Shown: one piece after another, positions 24,428 through 38,175 of the stretch
Layout: each line of letters starts with the position of its first letter
How positions within the stretch are numbered: position 1 is the first letter of the stretch
DNA from: Lytechinus pictus
Taxonomy: Eukaryota
Length of the DNA stretch: 62,000 nt
Direction of reading: 5' to 3'
NCBI RefSeq assembly: GCF_037042905.1
Contig: NC_087251.1
Coordinates: forward strand, 1,736,001-1,798,000
The notes under the pieces: generated by a model
Seen by the model: only the letters and a program-made list of their open reading frames with translations
Databases searched by the model: none
Told to the model about the DNA's origin: nothing
Made by a program: the position numbers and the translations under genes

Positions 24428-24948
24428 GGCTGCGTTTATCCGACCTCAAGCCAGAATCGTGATTTGAATCATGATTGGAATCATGATTCAAATCACAAAC
24501 ATGAATCACAATTACTACAGAATCAGGGTTTAGACGACCTTCGTTCCAACGCTGTTTCTCCTCGGATTCGGACCGATCCAGTGCGCATCACAGTGCGCAG
24601 TTTGACCCAGGAAGTATAGGTCAACGTTGGACACTTAATTGGAGGTCGGCGACGTACATGTGATGTGACAACGTGGGGCGCGCGCCTTGGCAAGAACCGG
24701 AAATAGCTCGACACAATGACGTCATATAATCATGATTCAAATCACGATATCGTTTATCCGAACATTTTCGTACGTGATTCTGCAGAAACGTCTTTCCAAA
24801 CGCCCTTTTTTTCGTAGTTCATGTTTGTGATTCTAATCATGATTATATTCAATTTCGACTAAACGCAATCGTGATTCTGCAGAATCGTGATTTGAATCAT
24901 GATTGGAATCATGATTATAGGGTAAAAAAGTGGCGGATAAACGCACCC
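24428..24948 (+). mobile_element. PIF/Harbinger-type MITE
   Basis: TTA TSD (24425-27, 24949-51); TIR GG(C/G)TGCGTTTATCCG; internal AATCATGATT repeats. Confidence 0.88.
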
Positions 24949-24951
24949 TTA

Positions 24952-25778
24952 GGGTGCGTTTATCCGCCACTTTTTTACCCTAGGGTGCGTTTATCCGCCA
25001 CTTTTTCACCCTAGAATCATATGATCTGAATCATGATTCAAATCACGATTCTGCAGAATCACGATTGCGTTTAGTCGAAATTGAATATAATCATGATTAG
25101 AATCACAAACATGAAACACGAAAAAAGGGGCGTTTGGAAAGACGTTTCTGCAGAATCACGTTCGAAAATGTTCGAATAAACGATATTGTGATTTGAATCA
25201 TGATTATAGTCGGGCTACTTTCGGTTTGACTATTGCCAAGCTCAAGGCTCTCTATATGCTCATTGTATGTACATGATTATGTACTACGCATGAATTTCTT
25301 GTCATGTTTAAGTTCTGTGTTGGTCATCGCATCGTCCACTACTTTTCATTTTTTGGTCATGTCTTCAACTTCAAGTTCTAGTAAATTAACTGGACAGACA
25401 ATGATCTCAGTTGTTGTTGAGTATACAGTATCGATATTAAATTGGATCTACGCTGAAATTCACTTCCGAACACCATTTTGGATAAACTAACAAGATGAAT
25501 AGAAGCATATGGACCCTATATGAAAGAAGTAAACAAAATGAGGTATAGTCGACTGAATTCTGGAAGCAAAAGATTTTTCGAGAGCCGAAACACGTGCGAA
25601 AAACTTCCTCTGTCAAACTGCGCACTAGTGATGCGCACTGGATTGGCCCGAATCTGAGGAGAAACAACATTGGAATGAAGGTCGTCTAAACGCTGATTCT
25701 GTGATATTGTGATTCATGTTTGTGTTTTGAATCATGATTCAAATCATGATTCAAATCATGATTCTGGCTTGAGGTCGC
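24952..25778 (-). mobile_element. Second, inverted Harbinger-type MITE copy (duplicated terminus, longer interior, truncated far end)
   Basis: Reverse complement of 24428-24948; the terminal ~31 bp are tandemly duplicated. Confidence 0.82.
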
Positions 25779-28283
25779 ATATCTTTCGGCATCTAAGTGT
25801 GATCAATCCATCAAACTTCAATTTTCTTTCTATTATATATGTATCTGTTTATTTTTATTTTGTCTGTCATTCTATTCATTTAGTTAATAATTTATATTCA
25901 GAAAAAAAACTTTTTCATAACTTTTCATAAAAAAACGTAACTGCAAAACCATGTTCGGATTTCTCATATGACTGCTCTCTGTACATGAAGTGCCGAGGAA
26001 CTCTATGCTCTGATCAGTAACTGTGCAGATTGCATGCGGTGGTGTGGGACCACTGAACTAGATCTAGATACCGTATTTCTAGTTCAGTGTGTGGGACTCG
26101 CCTGTGTCGCACGATGCAACGGTATACCCGCTGCAACCAGCGACGTGTGTAGACTCTTCACTAGTCGCTTCGTGGCTATTTTTGCGGGAAATGCCTTCGC
26201 CAGGGTGTAAAACGGAAACGCGCGCGCCGCCTGCAGCGCCCCACAACTTCCAACTCAAGTACAGTCAAGAGGTCGATCTAACCCGCCAGATCAGAAATAA
26301 GTTAAATAGAAGTGAGTCTAAATTAGATTTATATGATTTGTTAAATAGCATGCTGCATTTTTTAATTACTATAAAAATATAATTGGATGATATTCAGACA
26401 TTGGGGTATTGAATCAGTGCAAAAAATGGAGCCGCGGTATATGGCATCAGGCGTAACGTTAGTCCCATTCATTCGTGTTTGTGTTTGTTTGCTGATAGGT
26501 TGCACACTTGTCTTGCAGTTCGTCACAGACATGGGTGTCGATCGGTATTCTTGGTTGGGGGGGATGATTGACACAAATGTTCTTGTGGATGGGGATCTTT
26601 CAACATTACCCCCACTAAAATCAAAAGTTAGGACATTTGGGAGTGGTTGATATGCATGGTGTTCTTGCAGTGGCGTACCGTGAGTCACGGCATTGGGGGG
26701 GGGGGGGGGGGGGGTACCAGCAAAATTCACTCCTAGTACCAATGAGGTCCAAACATTAACATGTATGGACCTCATAGGCGACAATGCGTTAAAAACAAGT
26801 TAGAGAAGTCCTGCACCCAAGTATTTTTATGGGCATACTCGTGATATAGGCCCCGCTCGAGAAAAAAATTGTAATCGATCATACCTCAATATCTAGGTTG
26901 CTAACTTCAGCTCACTATATATACTCGTGATATAGGCCCCGCTGCTGTGTTGAATGGCTTTGAGTTTGAATGTCCGTTTGCGGGGCCTGTTTCACGAGTA
27001 TAGTACTATAACCGTTATATAGGCCCCGCACTACGGCACTTCAGACACTCCAACACAGTAGCGGGGCCTATATCACGAGTATATATTAAGCTTGCATATA
27101 TAGTCGCGAAACTGGCCCCGTCCAATGCGCTTTTCACAGCATTCGCACGTGTGTGGGGCTCGGATGACGACTATATAGTATACTCGTTATCGAGGCCCCT
27201 TACACTATTATATAATGGAAAATAACGTGGTCGTGGGGCTTGTTTCCCCGGCCGGTGAGAATTATCATGGGCGGCGCTGTAGGGGGCCGGGGGAGGGGGG
27301 GGGGGGAGCCTCCAATTTATTTTCCAAATAAACAAGGAAAGAATATCATGGGCGGCACTGTAAGGGGCGGGGGGGGGGGCTCCAATTTATTTTCCAAATA
27401 AACAAGGAGAGAGAATAATAATTCACATCTTCAGAAATTCATCTGTCGATTTATTTATGTGTTATTACAGTTATTAACTTATTGATTTATTTATCAATCT
27501 ATATGTATTGATTAATTAATGTATTCATTAATCATTTATTGTTTTCAGTTTTTTTTTCTTATGTGATATAGAGAGTCAGAGGTATCATTTGTTTTAATTA
27601 TTTTTATGTGCGGAAGTTCATTTATTTCAATCTATTTTAATAGATTAATATGTATGATAAATAAATGTATTTATATTGATAAATAAATATATTTATATTT
27701 ATTCATTAATCATTTAATTTATTTGTTTTCAGTTTTTTTTTTCTTTTGTGATGTAGAGAGTCAGAGTATCATTCGTTTTTAATTATTTTCATGTGTGAAA
27801 TTTCGTTTATTTATTTATCAATCTATTATTTGAATTGATTAATATGTATGATAAATAAATGTATTTATATTGATAAATAAATATATTTATATTTATTCAT
27901 TAATCATTTAATTTATTTGTTTTCAGTTTTTTTTTTCTTTTGTGATGTAGAGAGTCAGAGTATCATTCGTTTTTAATTATTTTCATGTGTGAAATTTCGT
28001 TTATTTATTTATCAATCTATTATTTGAATTGATTAATATGTATGATAAATAAATGTATTTATATTGATAAATAAATGTATTTATATTTATTCATTAATCA
28101 TTTAATTTATTTGTTTTCAGTTTTTTTTTTCTTTTGTGATATAGAGAGTCAGATCGAGTTATCATTCGTTTTTAATTCTTTTTATGTGTGGAAGTTCATT
28201 ATTATTATAATATTATTATTATAAAATAAATTGGAGCCCCCCTGCATTTCATTTTAATTATATTTTTTGCGGGGAGGGAGGTG

Positions 28284-28383
28284 CATAAAGGTTATCAACC
28301 TCAATTTTAGGGGGGACCGTCCCCCCACCGCAAATTTAGGGGGGACCTGTCCCCCCCCCCCCCCCCCGCTTCCGCCGCCTATG
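28284..28383. mobile_element. 100-bp hAT-type MITE
   Basis: CATA...TATG ends; 8-bp TSD GGGAGGTG (28276-83, 28384-91). Confidence 0.7.
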
Positions 28384-29719
28384 GGGAGGTGTCATCAATA
28401 ATCAAATTACATAGTTCTTGTAAATGATTTTCCCCCAATATTTCACTTGACGTAATGCTGCGATTGAATCCATTTATTCATTCATGTATCATATATCTAT
28501 TTATAATCACCTGGATGTAAGTATAGTCAATATTTTTTTGAAATCAGCTTTCTTCTCTTATTCAATATTGAATCACTCATCTGGCTTCCTGTGTATATTT
28601 GGTTTTTTTTTCATTCCTTTCATAAATGCCTCCTCCGCCTCCCCACTTTTCATCCATTTAAGTTCGAAAAAGAAAACAAATAGGTATATTCATTCGGGGA
28701 AGATTTATTAATTTTCTTTTGGTCAATTTCATTATTGCTTGAGGGATATCTACACTTAATTAAATTAATCTATATTTTACTGAGACTTATCCCCCCCCCG
28801 GCAATTGGGGATAGGCCTATCATTATGTATATTATTCATTTTGCGTATAAAAGTAGGCCCTTCTTTCAAAGTACTTTTTTTTAACCTTAATAACCTTTTG
28901 TTTTTTAAAAAGCTATACCGTTCATTGATATGCCAGTATTTCTACAGCTAACCTATTTTCTCTTCCTGCATTCATTTTAAAACCTAAATGGATGGTCCGG
29001 GTTGAAAGTATTTATAGCTTAATAAATAGAGTAGAATTCACTGAGCATAATATGCCGAAAATTTCATCAAAAAAATATTGATTGATCGTCATTTCATTAA
29101 TTCACCATCCAAATATCGCATTTTTTCTTCGCCTATATGGTATTCATTTATTTACTCATTCATACACCCTTGCCCCCCCCCCCCCCGATTTCTCGTTTTT
29201 ATTAAAATATTTAATAATTTCGGAAAAAGTGTCTCAATGTGTTCTTATAATTTATTTTTATGCACGAATTATTCTACTATTTCCCTTTCTGTGATATTTT
29301 ATTTCAGGAGTTTAATGTGTCCCCCAGATCCGAGATTTCGTAGCGGGGGGGGGGGGGGGAGCTCAAATTTGAGAAGACAGTTGGTGGTCTGTCTGGTTGA
29401 ATTTGTCAGGAAAAAAATATACACACAGGTACTGACGGGTCCAGTATTTTTAAAGGGGCGGGGATACAGGCTGTTCGGACACATTGCCATTCATGAAATC
29501 CATAGTCGGCCAGTCAAAGAGGAAGAAGTAAAAGTGTTTTTTTTTTTGTTTTTTTTTTGGGGGGGGGGGTTGTGCTATGGAAGTTTATGTACATTTTAAT
29601 TTAATTTTTACCAACAAGATATGCCTACCATGATTATACGGCCGAACTAAACGAGATAACTGAACATTAAAAAAAAATTATAATCCATGTGTTAAAAGCT
29701 ATATGAATGGAGCACACTA

Positions 29720-29784
29720 CCCAGTCAGCAAAGTATCTGGGCCAATATGGGCCCCATATTGGGCCAGATACTTTGCTGACTGGG
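29720..29784. mobile_element. 65-bp palindromic micro-MITE, EnSpm-type CCCAG...CTGGG
   Basis: Near-perfect hairpin flanked by TA on both sides. Confidence 0.75.
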
Positions 29785-31088
29785 TAAGCTCTCTTTAACC
29801 CTAAACAGCAAACGTTTATTCAATATTTAATTACTAAACTGAAAATGGGAAAAGGACTTTACGGTAACGCATGAACAAGATATGAAAGAGGAGCGCGAAC
29901 TGAATTTTTCACACTTGAAAATAGGATGCGAATGCGATTTAAGTTCGAGAAGAATTTTGTTGATATATATCGACACGAAAAGGGTACGTTTTTAAGCACT
30001 GCTGACATGTAGGAGTGAGAGAGAGAGAGAGGGGGGGGGGGGGACATCTTGTTCAACACTTTATCTGTAAATATCACTATTTTACATTGATTTACATGTA
30101 GTTTAATTACCACTCACATAGTATCCTGTTGCTAGGCGACATCCAACAGGCGCTGTTTGTCATGCAGTTGCATCGTACATATTACTTAGTTGACAGTGAG
30201 ATCACGATTCGTGGCATGTTCTGAGATTGTTTTTTATATATAAAAACACAAATTTAGAATGAGAAATCAGATAAAGCACAAAAGTATTTCTAATTTCATT
30301 TTTCTGTTTTTTTTTTTATACAAATGCCAAATGACAACACGTTTTTCTCGTTGTGATTTCGTTTTTGTGTTTTCAAAAACCAAACTAAGGGGGCTGATTT
30401 CCGTTTTCGCTTCTACATGATTGGAACAGAAAAACAAATTATCCATTAATACCTTGATTGTGTAGGTTACTGGGCAAGTGAAAGTGACATTCACAATTTA
30501 TCTTAGCAAGACATTCATAACATAAATGAGTAGAGTACTATTTCATATAATAAACACTAATTAAAGTATGAGAATGGCAATATTTGATCAGAGAATATCG
30601 AACTTCTTAACCGAAATGCGTGACAATAAAAATATACATTTTCATCAAACCTTTAGGTTACGAATATTTTTTCTATGTTTCTGCTTTGATTATCATCAAC
30701 TTTGCGTCAGGGTAAACTGCCCCCTTGAAGGGTAGGCCTATCGTGTCAATTGATAGACAACATCTTTTCCCAAAACAGTGCAAATATGAACGAATAAATG
30801 AATATATGAATAAACCAGGAAATGAATAAGTAAGTGAAACAATACGAAGGAGAACTTGAAATAGTAATGCGCATTAGGCCATCTCTCTTTCTCTCTCTCT
30901 CTTTCTAACGTTTCGCGTATTGGCTTCAATGAGGTAACAAAATATATTTTGTATAATAATATATGGTACACAGAGAGATCAAATCCATAAGCAAAAAAAG
31001 ATAAATTAACGATAATGGTTGCAATGGTCTAACATCAAATAAAACAAAAAAGTTTAATACAAACAAATATATCAATTGTTTAATTTAA

Positions 31089-31636
31089 AGGACAAGTCCG
31101 CCCCAACAAAAAAGTTGATTTGAATAAAAAGAGGAAAATCGAACGATCATAACGCTAAAAATTTCATCAAAGTCAGATAAAATAAGAAAGTTATAACATT
31201 TTGAAGTTTAGTTTAATTTAAAATAATAGTTATATATGCACATCCAGGTCGGTATGCAAATGAGGAAACTGATGACGCCATCCACTCACTATTTCTTTAG
31301 TATTGTATTATATGAAATATATTTTCCAATTTCTTCTCATTGTCAAGTGAAACAATTCCTCCCTGAACATATGGTTCATTCACGTTGGCCCTTATTGTAA
31401 AATCTGTGAAAAATGAAATATTGTATAATTCAAACAATAAAAAAAAAGCGAGTCCGGAACTGTATCATTTGCATCCAAATGAGTTGTGCACTTTTTTTGT
31501 GAAAAATAAGCGAAACTTTAGAATATCACAACTTTCTTATTTTACATCCGATTTAGATGAAATTTCCAGCGTTATGCTAGTTTAATATTTCTCTATTTAT
31601 TCAAATCAACATTTTTTTCTGGGGTGAACTTGACCT
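31089..31636. mobile_element. Kolobok-type MITE family C
   Basis: TTAA|AGGACAAGT...ACTTGACCT|TTAA; related copy at 50691-51260. Confidence 0.85.
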
Positions 31637-33489
31637 TTAAATAAATGAAAAATAAATGAAATGTATGACCCTGTATCAACATAAGACCTCAGATAACAAA
31701 GAGATGAAAATATAATAAATGAATAAATAGATAATAAATAAATAAATGAACTTCCACACATAAAAAGAATTAAAAACGAATGATACCTCTGACGCTCTTT
31801 ATCACATAAAAAAACTGAAAACAAATGAATTAAATGATCAATAAATAAATACAAATAGGCCTACATTAATTAATCAATTAAAATAGATTGATAAATAAAT
31901 TAAATGAACTTCCACAAATAAAAAGAATTAAAAACGAATAACTCTGACTCTCTCTATAACAAAAGAAGAAGAAAAAAAAATGAATTAAATTATTAATGAA
32001 TAAATATAAATACATTAATTAATCAATTTAAATATATAGATTGATGAATAAATAAATGAAATTTTACACATAAAAATAATTAAAAACGAATGATACCTCT
32101 GACTCTCTACATCACAAAAGAAAAAAAAATGAAAACAAATAAATCAAATGATTAATGAATAAATATCCACAAATAAATTTCTGAAGAAGTAAATCCTTAT
32201 CTCTCCTTAATTGTTCATTTGGAAAATAAGGAGCCCCCCCCCCCCCCCCGCCCGCGAAATTATTTTTCCCACCGAGTTCTGGACCGACATATGAATATTC
32301 ATGACTTGCGTCTTCGGATTGTGAGTACGCATGCGCGTGGACTTTGCCTCGACCAGTGCCGATCGTAAGCATTCACGTTGCTACATAGGCCTTATAGGCT
32401 TAGATCTATGTATACATCCAATTCTTAAACACTTATCAAACTAGCTGCTATAATGGCAAGACATGTGCTAGGGTAGGGCTAGCTTAGGCTAGCGCATTAA
32501 CTTTACCTCAAATCTGGACCTGTCTAATGCCTAATACTAATAGGAATAGCCGACTAATGCCATGGTTAACTTCGAACTTGTTAATTCCGAACTTTACGTT
32601 TGATTAGGTTTGGACCAATATTAGCTTATTTACCATGGTTTAATATGTCTAGTCCGTATACAGAACCAGTCCTAGATCTAAAATAAATATCTTAGTTCTA
32701 GTCTAGTCTCTAGATCTAGACTCTGATCTACGCGCTATCAGCATGGAACCACTAGTGTACCAAAGGGGGGGGGGGGCAGACTGCCCCCCTGACGAGTCAC
32801 AACTGATCCAGGGGACGTGCCCCCCCCCTTGAGAAGCCAAATTAATAATTTGTAATGTCAAAATGCAACGAAAAAAGACGTATGTCCCCTCTTTTGAACG
32901 TGAAGATCTTTTTTTTTCTTGTCAATTTTTTTTCAGCTACGAAATCCTTAATTTTGGGTGAAGACGGGGATCAAGATCACTGATGTTAATTTGTGCCTGA
33001 CGTTAGAATACGTTCCATGCACGCACTGGTGTACCTAGGATTTTCCAAAAGGGGGGCAAATTTTTTAGAGGATATTTCGTCCGCGAAAAAATGTGACAAG
33101 CCCCCCCCCCAAAAAAAAAAAGGTCTTCACCCCAAATTATGGATTTCTTAGCTGAAAAAAAAATTGACAAGCAAAAAAAAAAAAAAAAAAGATCTTCACG
33201 TTAAAAAAAGGGGACATACGTCTTTTTCATTGCATTTTTACATTACAAATTATTAATTTGGCTTCTCAAAGGGGGCACGTCCCCTGAATCAGTTGTGACT
33301 CGTCAGAGGGACAGTCTCCCCCCCCCCCCCCTTGGTACACTAGTGGTTCCATGCTGATACAGCCGTAGATCAGAGTCTAGATATAGAGACTAGTCTAGAC
33401 TAGAACTAAGATAAATTTTTTTTAGATCTAGGACTGGTTTTGTATACGGACTAGACATATTAAACCATGGCAAATAAGCTGATATTTAT

Positions 33490-34130
33490 TTTCCAACCTA
33501 AAAACTGGACATTCGTAACAATTTTTCAAATTAAGAACAGGATAGGAAGTACCTAAAAACTGAACATTTGTAACACTTTTTCAATTCATGAACAGAATAG
33601 GAATTTAACTATATAGATAATAGGTGCGAGCGCGAGCTGAAAGTTTTTGATTTTCCAGCCTAAATACTGGACATTCATAGCACTTTAAAAAGAATATGAA
33701 CAGTATAGGAATCTAATCAATTAATGTGAGCGCGAAGCGCAAGCTGATAGTTTTTGATATTCCAACCTAAAAACTGGACATTTGTAACACATTTTTCAAA
33801 TCATGAACAGGATAGGAATTTAAATAAATAATAGATGCGAGCGCGAGCTGACTTTTTTTTCCAACCTAAATACTGGACATTCATAGCACTTTAAAAAGAA
33901 TATGAACAAGATAGGAATCTAAACAATTAATGCGAGCGTGAAGCGCGAGCTGAAAGTTTCTGATTTCCAACCTAAAAACTGGAAATTCTTAGCACTTAAT
34001 AATGAACGGAATAGGAATCTAAACAATGAATGCGAGCGCGAAGCGCGAGCTGAAAGATTTTATTTTCCAACCTAACAACTGGACATTCATAGCGCCTTAT
34101 AAAGAATATGAACAGGATAGGAATCTAATC
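33490..34130. repeat. Tandem ~95-100-bp repeats containing GCGAGCGCGAAGCGCGAGCTG
   Basis: Repeated ttccaacctaaaaactggacatt...gataggaat units; related array at 38190-38750. Confidence 0.85.
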
Positions 34131-36361
34131 AGAACGTATTCTAACGTCAGGCACAAATTAACGTCAGTGATCTTGATCCCCGTCTTCACCCAAAATTAAG
34201 GATTTCGTAGCTGAAAAAAAATTTGACAAGAAAAAAAAAGATCTTCACGTTCAAAAGAGGGGACATACGTCTTTTTTCGTTGCATTTTGACATTACAAAT
34301 TATTAATTTGGCTTCTCAAGGGGGGGGCACGTCCCCTGGATCAGTTGTGACTCGTCAGGGGGCAGTCTGCCCCCCCCCCTTTGGTACACTAGTGGTTCCA
34401 TGCATGCTGATAGCGCGTAGATCAGAGTCTAGATCTAGAGACTAGACTAGAACTAAGATATTTATTTTAGATCTAGGACTGGTTCTGTATACGGACTAGA
34501 CATATTAAACCATGGTAAATAAGCTAATATTGGTCCAAACCTAATCAAACGTAAAGTTCGGAATTAACAAGTTCGAAGTTAACCATGGCATTAGTCGGCT
34601 ATTCCTATTAGTATTAGTCATTAGACAGGTCCAGATTTGAGGTAAAGTTAATGCGCTAGCCTAAGCTAGCCCTACCCTAGCACATGTCTTGCCATTAATG
34701 GCAGCTAGTTTGATAAGTGTTTAAGAATTGGATGTATATACAGATCTAAGCCTATAAGGCCTATGTAACTATGTAAGGGTACCGGTAATTTGACCAAGGA
34801 GATATCACTCTCTCCTTGATTTGACGATGCTAATTCATTCTGAGCATGGCAACGTGAATGCTTACGATCGGCACTGGTCGAGGCAAAAGTCCACGCGCAT
34901 GCGTACTCTCAATCCGAAGACGCAAGTCATGAATATTCATATGTTGGTCCAGAACTCGGTGGGAAAAATAATTTACAGCGCCGCGCATGATATTCTTTCC
35001 TTGTTTATTTGGAAAATAAATTGGAGCCTCCCCCGGCCCCCTACAGCGCCGCCCATGATAATTCTCACCGGCCGGGGAAACAAGCCCCACGACCACGTTA
35101 TTTTCCATTATATAACAGTGCAAGGGGCCTCGATAACGAGTATACTAATAGCCGTCATCCGAGCCCCACACACGTGCGAATGCTGTGAAAAGCGCATTGG
35201 ACGGGGCCAGTTTCGCGACTATCTTAGGATGCAAGCTTAATATATACTCGTGATATAGGCCCCGCTACTGTGTTGGAGTGCCTGAAGTGCCGTAGTGCGG
35301 GGTCTATATAACGGTTATAGTACTATACTCGTGAAACAGGCCCCGCAAACGGACATTCAAAGCCATTCAACACAGCAGCGGGGCCTATATCACGAGTATA
35401 TATAGTGAGCTGAAGTTAGCAACCTAGATATTGAGGTAGTATAATCGATTACAAGTTTTTCTCGAGCGGGGCCTATATCACGATTTTGCCTTTTTATGAT
35501 ATTAGTGATTATTACTCGAAAAATGCAAGCTTTGTCCTCATTTGTTTAGCATTTATTAAAAAATTACCCATTAACTATACTTTAAATGTTATAAAATAAA
35601 GGGAAACTTACATTTGATTTTGAGTCCTTTTTCGATCTTTTCTTGGCAGTCAGTCCGGTCCCGTCGAGTGCGATCAAAGCGGTACGAAGCTGATTTTCAG
35701 ATCACGTGATACGAGTAGTCATCACCTGATCGATCGACTATCCTTTTTTAAAGACCGCAACAATTATAAATTTTATTATAAAATATATATAGAATAAATA
35801 ATTGCATGATATTATATATATTTCTACAATTAAAAATATTTTATGATATGAATTTAATATTTGACGTAAAAATCGCTATTTAACATAATATTTATTAAAA
35901 AATAAAAAATCAAACAAAATAAAAACGCCTTGGACACAGTGCAAAAAACCTAACAATTTGGCCGCGTTCTTAACAACTATCGTAAGGGGCGCTCTATTTA
36001 TAAATAAAGTTACACATGTAGCTGTCTACCGCGACAGGAACAGCCGCAGAATTGAAGCCAGAAGCGTGGGAAATTGCCAGAAAATTCAAGAAAAGAACCG
36101 GTGAGTACCGATTTAACAGTACTAATTTATTAAGTAACATTTATTGAATCATTACAAGATTTATTTTTTAGTAAAACAAAGCTTAGTTCTAAGCTAGGGC
36201 GGCCCAAATGCGCGTGAGTGGAGTCCCAGTTTATTAGCACGGGTAAGTATTGGGGTGTCGCCTAGAGTGGCAAAATTTTGAGTCACTCGCGCGCTCAGTT
36301 GCCAGGTATACTGACCTAATAGGGACATTTTAAGGACAGTACCATTAAACGGATATGTATC

Positions 36362-38175
36362 TAGTGCTGCAAGTCAGGCGCCATGTTCGGGTTCGGTTCG
36401 GTTCGGCAAGGTTCGGCAGAAATTTGCCGAACATTGGTTCGGTTCGGGGTTCGGTAATGATAGACTGATAAAGCTTTAGTTCATTCAGGTATACGTAGCG
36501 TACCGGTAGACAATTTGTACTTGATTGACTGCATGTGTACCTCTGTCATATGAAACTATGAAAGTTATAGCGCTCAACGAATCAACTGTTATCTCGAATT
36601 TGATTATCTGATGACAGATTTATTGGGTAACTCACAGTTCTAAAATGGCGACTCTTCCTAGTCGTCCATACGTGGACCACACTTTGGATACTTGCCAAAT
36701 TAACTACGCTCGCACTCGTACCAGCTAGGCTAGGCCAGCGCATGCAGTCCCCTTGTAGCGGGACTCTGAGCTCATGAATATTTATATATACAGTCCGGCC
36801 AAACGTGATTGGCAATTGCATCACATACGAGGCGGCCAGCGCCAGTGCACTGAACTGTAGGCATAGTGGGCCAGGGGCGTGTCGAAGAAAGCGTGCTTAT
36901 GTAATGCGCCTTTCGCTAATTGGCTCGATGGGTGAACTAAACCACCAATCGCATGTCGCTGATTGTCGCATCGGCACATACAGCCACGTGCTTTGTCTGC
37001 TCGCGAAACTCAGCTCACTGATTGAAGAGCAATTCCCGAGATTTCTATGATTTCATTGGTCAGATTTCATTCGACCATGAACATACCACAGACCAAGTGG
37101 GATGCAAAGTTTTACGACTGTCATGGGACAGGGGGAGTAGAGTGATCATCGAATTGTTTATGGTTAATTTGAGAAGTTGATAAGAAAGGGAAAAAAAGTA
37201 AAGATTGGGGGTCATTTTCCCCCAAGAGATGAATGTTTCCGCATGGCTTTATCTTCATACAACTTGTCAACGAGGGGAAGGGGATCTTGCTATATGCTAT
37301 ACCGTAATCATTCATGAGTGTTTGATTTTTATTTTCATCTGATTGTTAATAATAAAAAATATAACTTCATTTCATCTCATCTCATTTCTATATTATTTGT
37401 TTTGCGTCTCTCCTTTCCATCTCTAACAGTCACTCACTTTATTTCCCACTTTCACTGGATCTCTCGTTTTCAAAACTCTTTACTTCTCTCTAAAATCATG
37501 AAAACTAGACAGTAGCGAGCCGACACCTCAATAATAATGTCAATCACCTCAATCAGATCTTTATTCTCCGCCGCAACAATACACGAGTTACGATCTTAAT
37601 CACATCGTATCGTAATTCGTAATATTAATGGTACTTCATCTTTCACTTTCAGTTTATTGAGCTCGTTCATTCAAAATACTTTGAAGATTTTCAAACAAGA
37701 ATCTTGTTCGCCACCTAAAAACAACAATATTTTAGATAATTAGATTTAACCAATGAACACTCATACAGTTTTGGTTTTCTTTACCATGCTTCGGCGATTC
37801 GGCCACAGAGCGAGAGATGATGAAAGCCAGTAAAATGATTATAGCGCAAGCTCGCGCAACATCATTCATCGGATCTCCTTTCTTAATCAGGGCCGTAAAA
37901 ACCACAATGTCAACATGAAAATGAAAACAAAATCTAGTAACCGCAAAATAAGCGCATACTTCCAACATACAATTGCAAAGAAGATTAAATAGAGAATGCG
38001 CAAATATAATGATTAGAAAGGGTGTAAACTTATAAATTTATTAGCTGAAAGCCGTTTTTTTTTTTTTTTGCCGAACTTCCGAACCAAGTCTTAGTGTTGG
38101 GTTCGGTTCTGTTCGGTTCGGAAGTGCCATGTTCGGCGAACTACCGTTCGGTTCGGCGGTTCGGCTACAGCACTA
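36362..38175. mobile_element. Academ-type non-autonomous element
   Basis: TAGTGCTG...CAGCACTA termini; 3-bp TSD ATC; subterminal GTTCG repeats; removing it restores a host repeat unit. Confidence 0.75.

Larger units (their letters stand above)
22369..26221. repeat. 73-bp inverted repeat pair (22369-22441 / 26149-26221)
   Basis: 70/73 identical as reverse complements; no TSD seen. Confidence 0.85.
27266..32256. mobile_element. Foldback-like insertion with AT-rich inverted arms (level 5)
   Basis: CATGGGCGG / CCGCCCGCG ends; 194-bp tandem units at 27646-28200 are inverted at ~31700-32170; TSD imperfect (AGAATTAT vs GAAATTAT). Confidence 0.55.
26832..35490. mobile_element. Foldback MULE/Merlin-like element with ~1.3-kb inverted arms (level 4)
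   Basis: GGCA...TGCC termini; 8-bp TSD TTTTTATG (26824-31, 35491-98); 26832-27350 plus 32257-33015 is inverted at ~34133-35490; repeated ATACTCGTGATATAGGCCCCG motif. Confidence 0.8.
26728..36269 (-). mobile_element. ~0.89-kb CAC...GTG element with 8-bp TSD (level 3), split by an insertion
   Basis: TSD GCAAAATT (26720-27, 36270-77); 26728-26831 plus 35499-36269 reconstitute the reverse complement of 40458-41343. Confidence 0.88.

Noticed and set aside
26695..26714. Long poly-G/poly-C tracts (many across the window) as G-quadruplex elements
   Set aside because: They are routine components of the local MITE families and their lengths are error-prone.
34821..35240. 139-aa ORF in the foldback arm
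   Set aside because: Spans junctions of non-coding repeat modules, has a non-ATG start and no recognisable domain.
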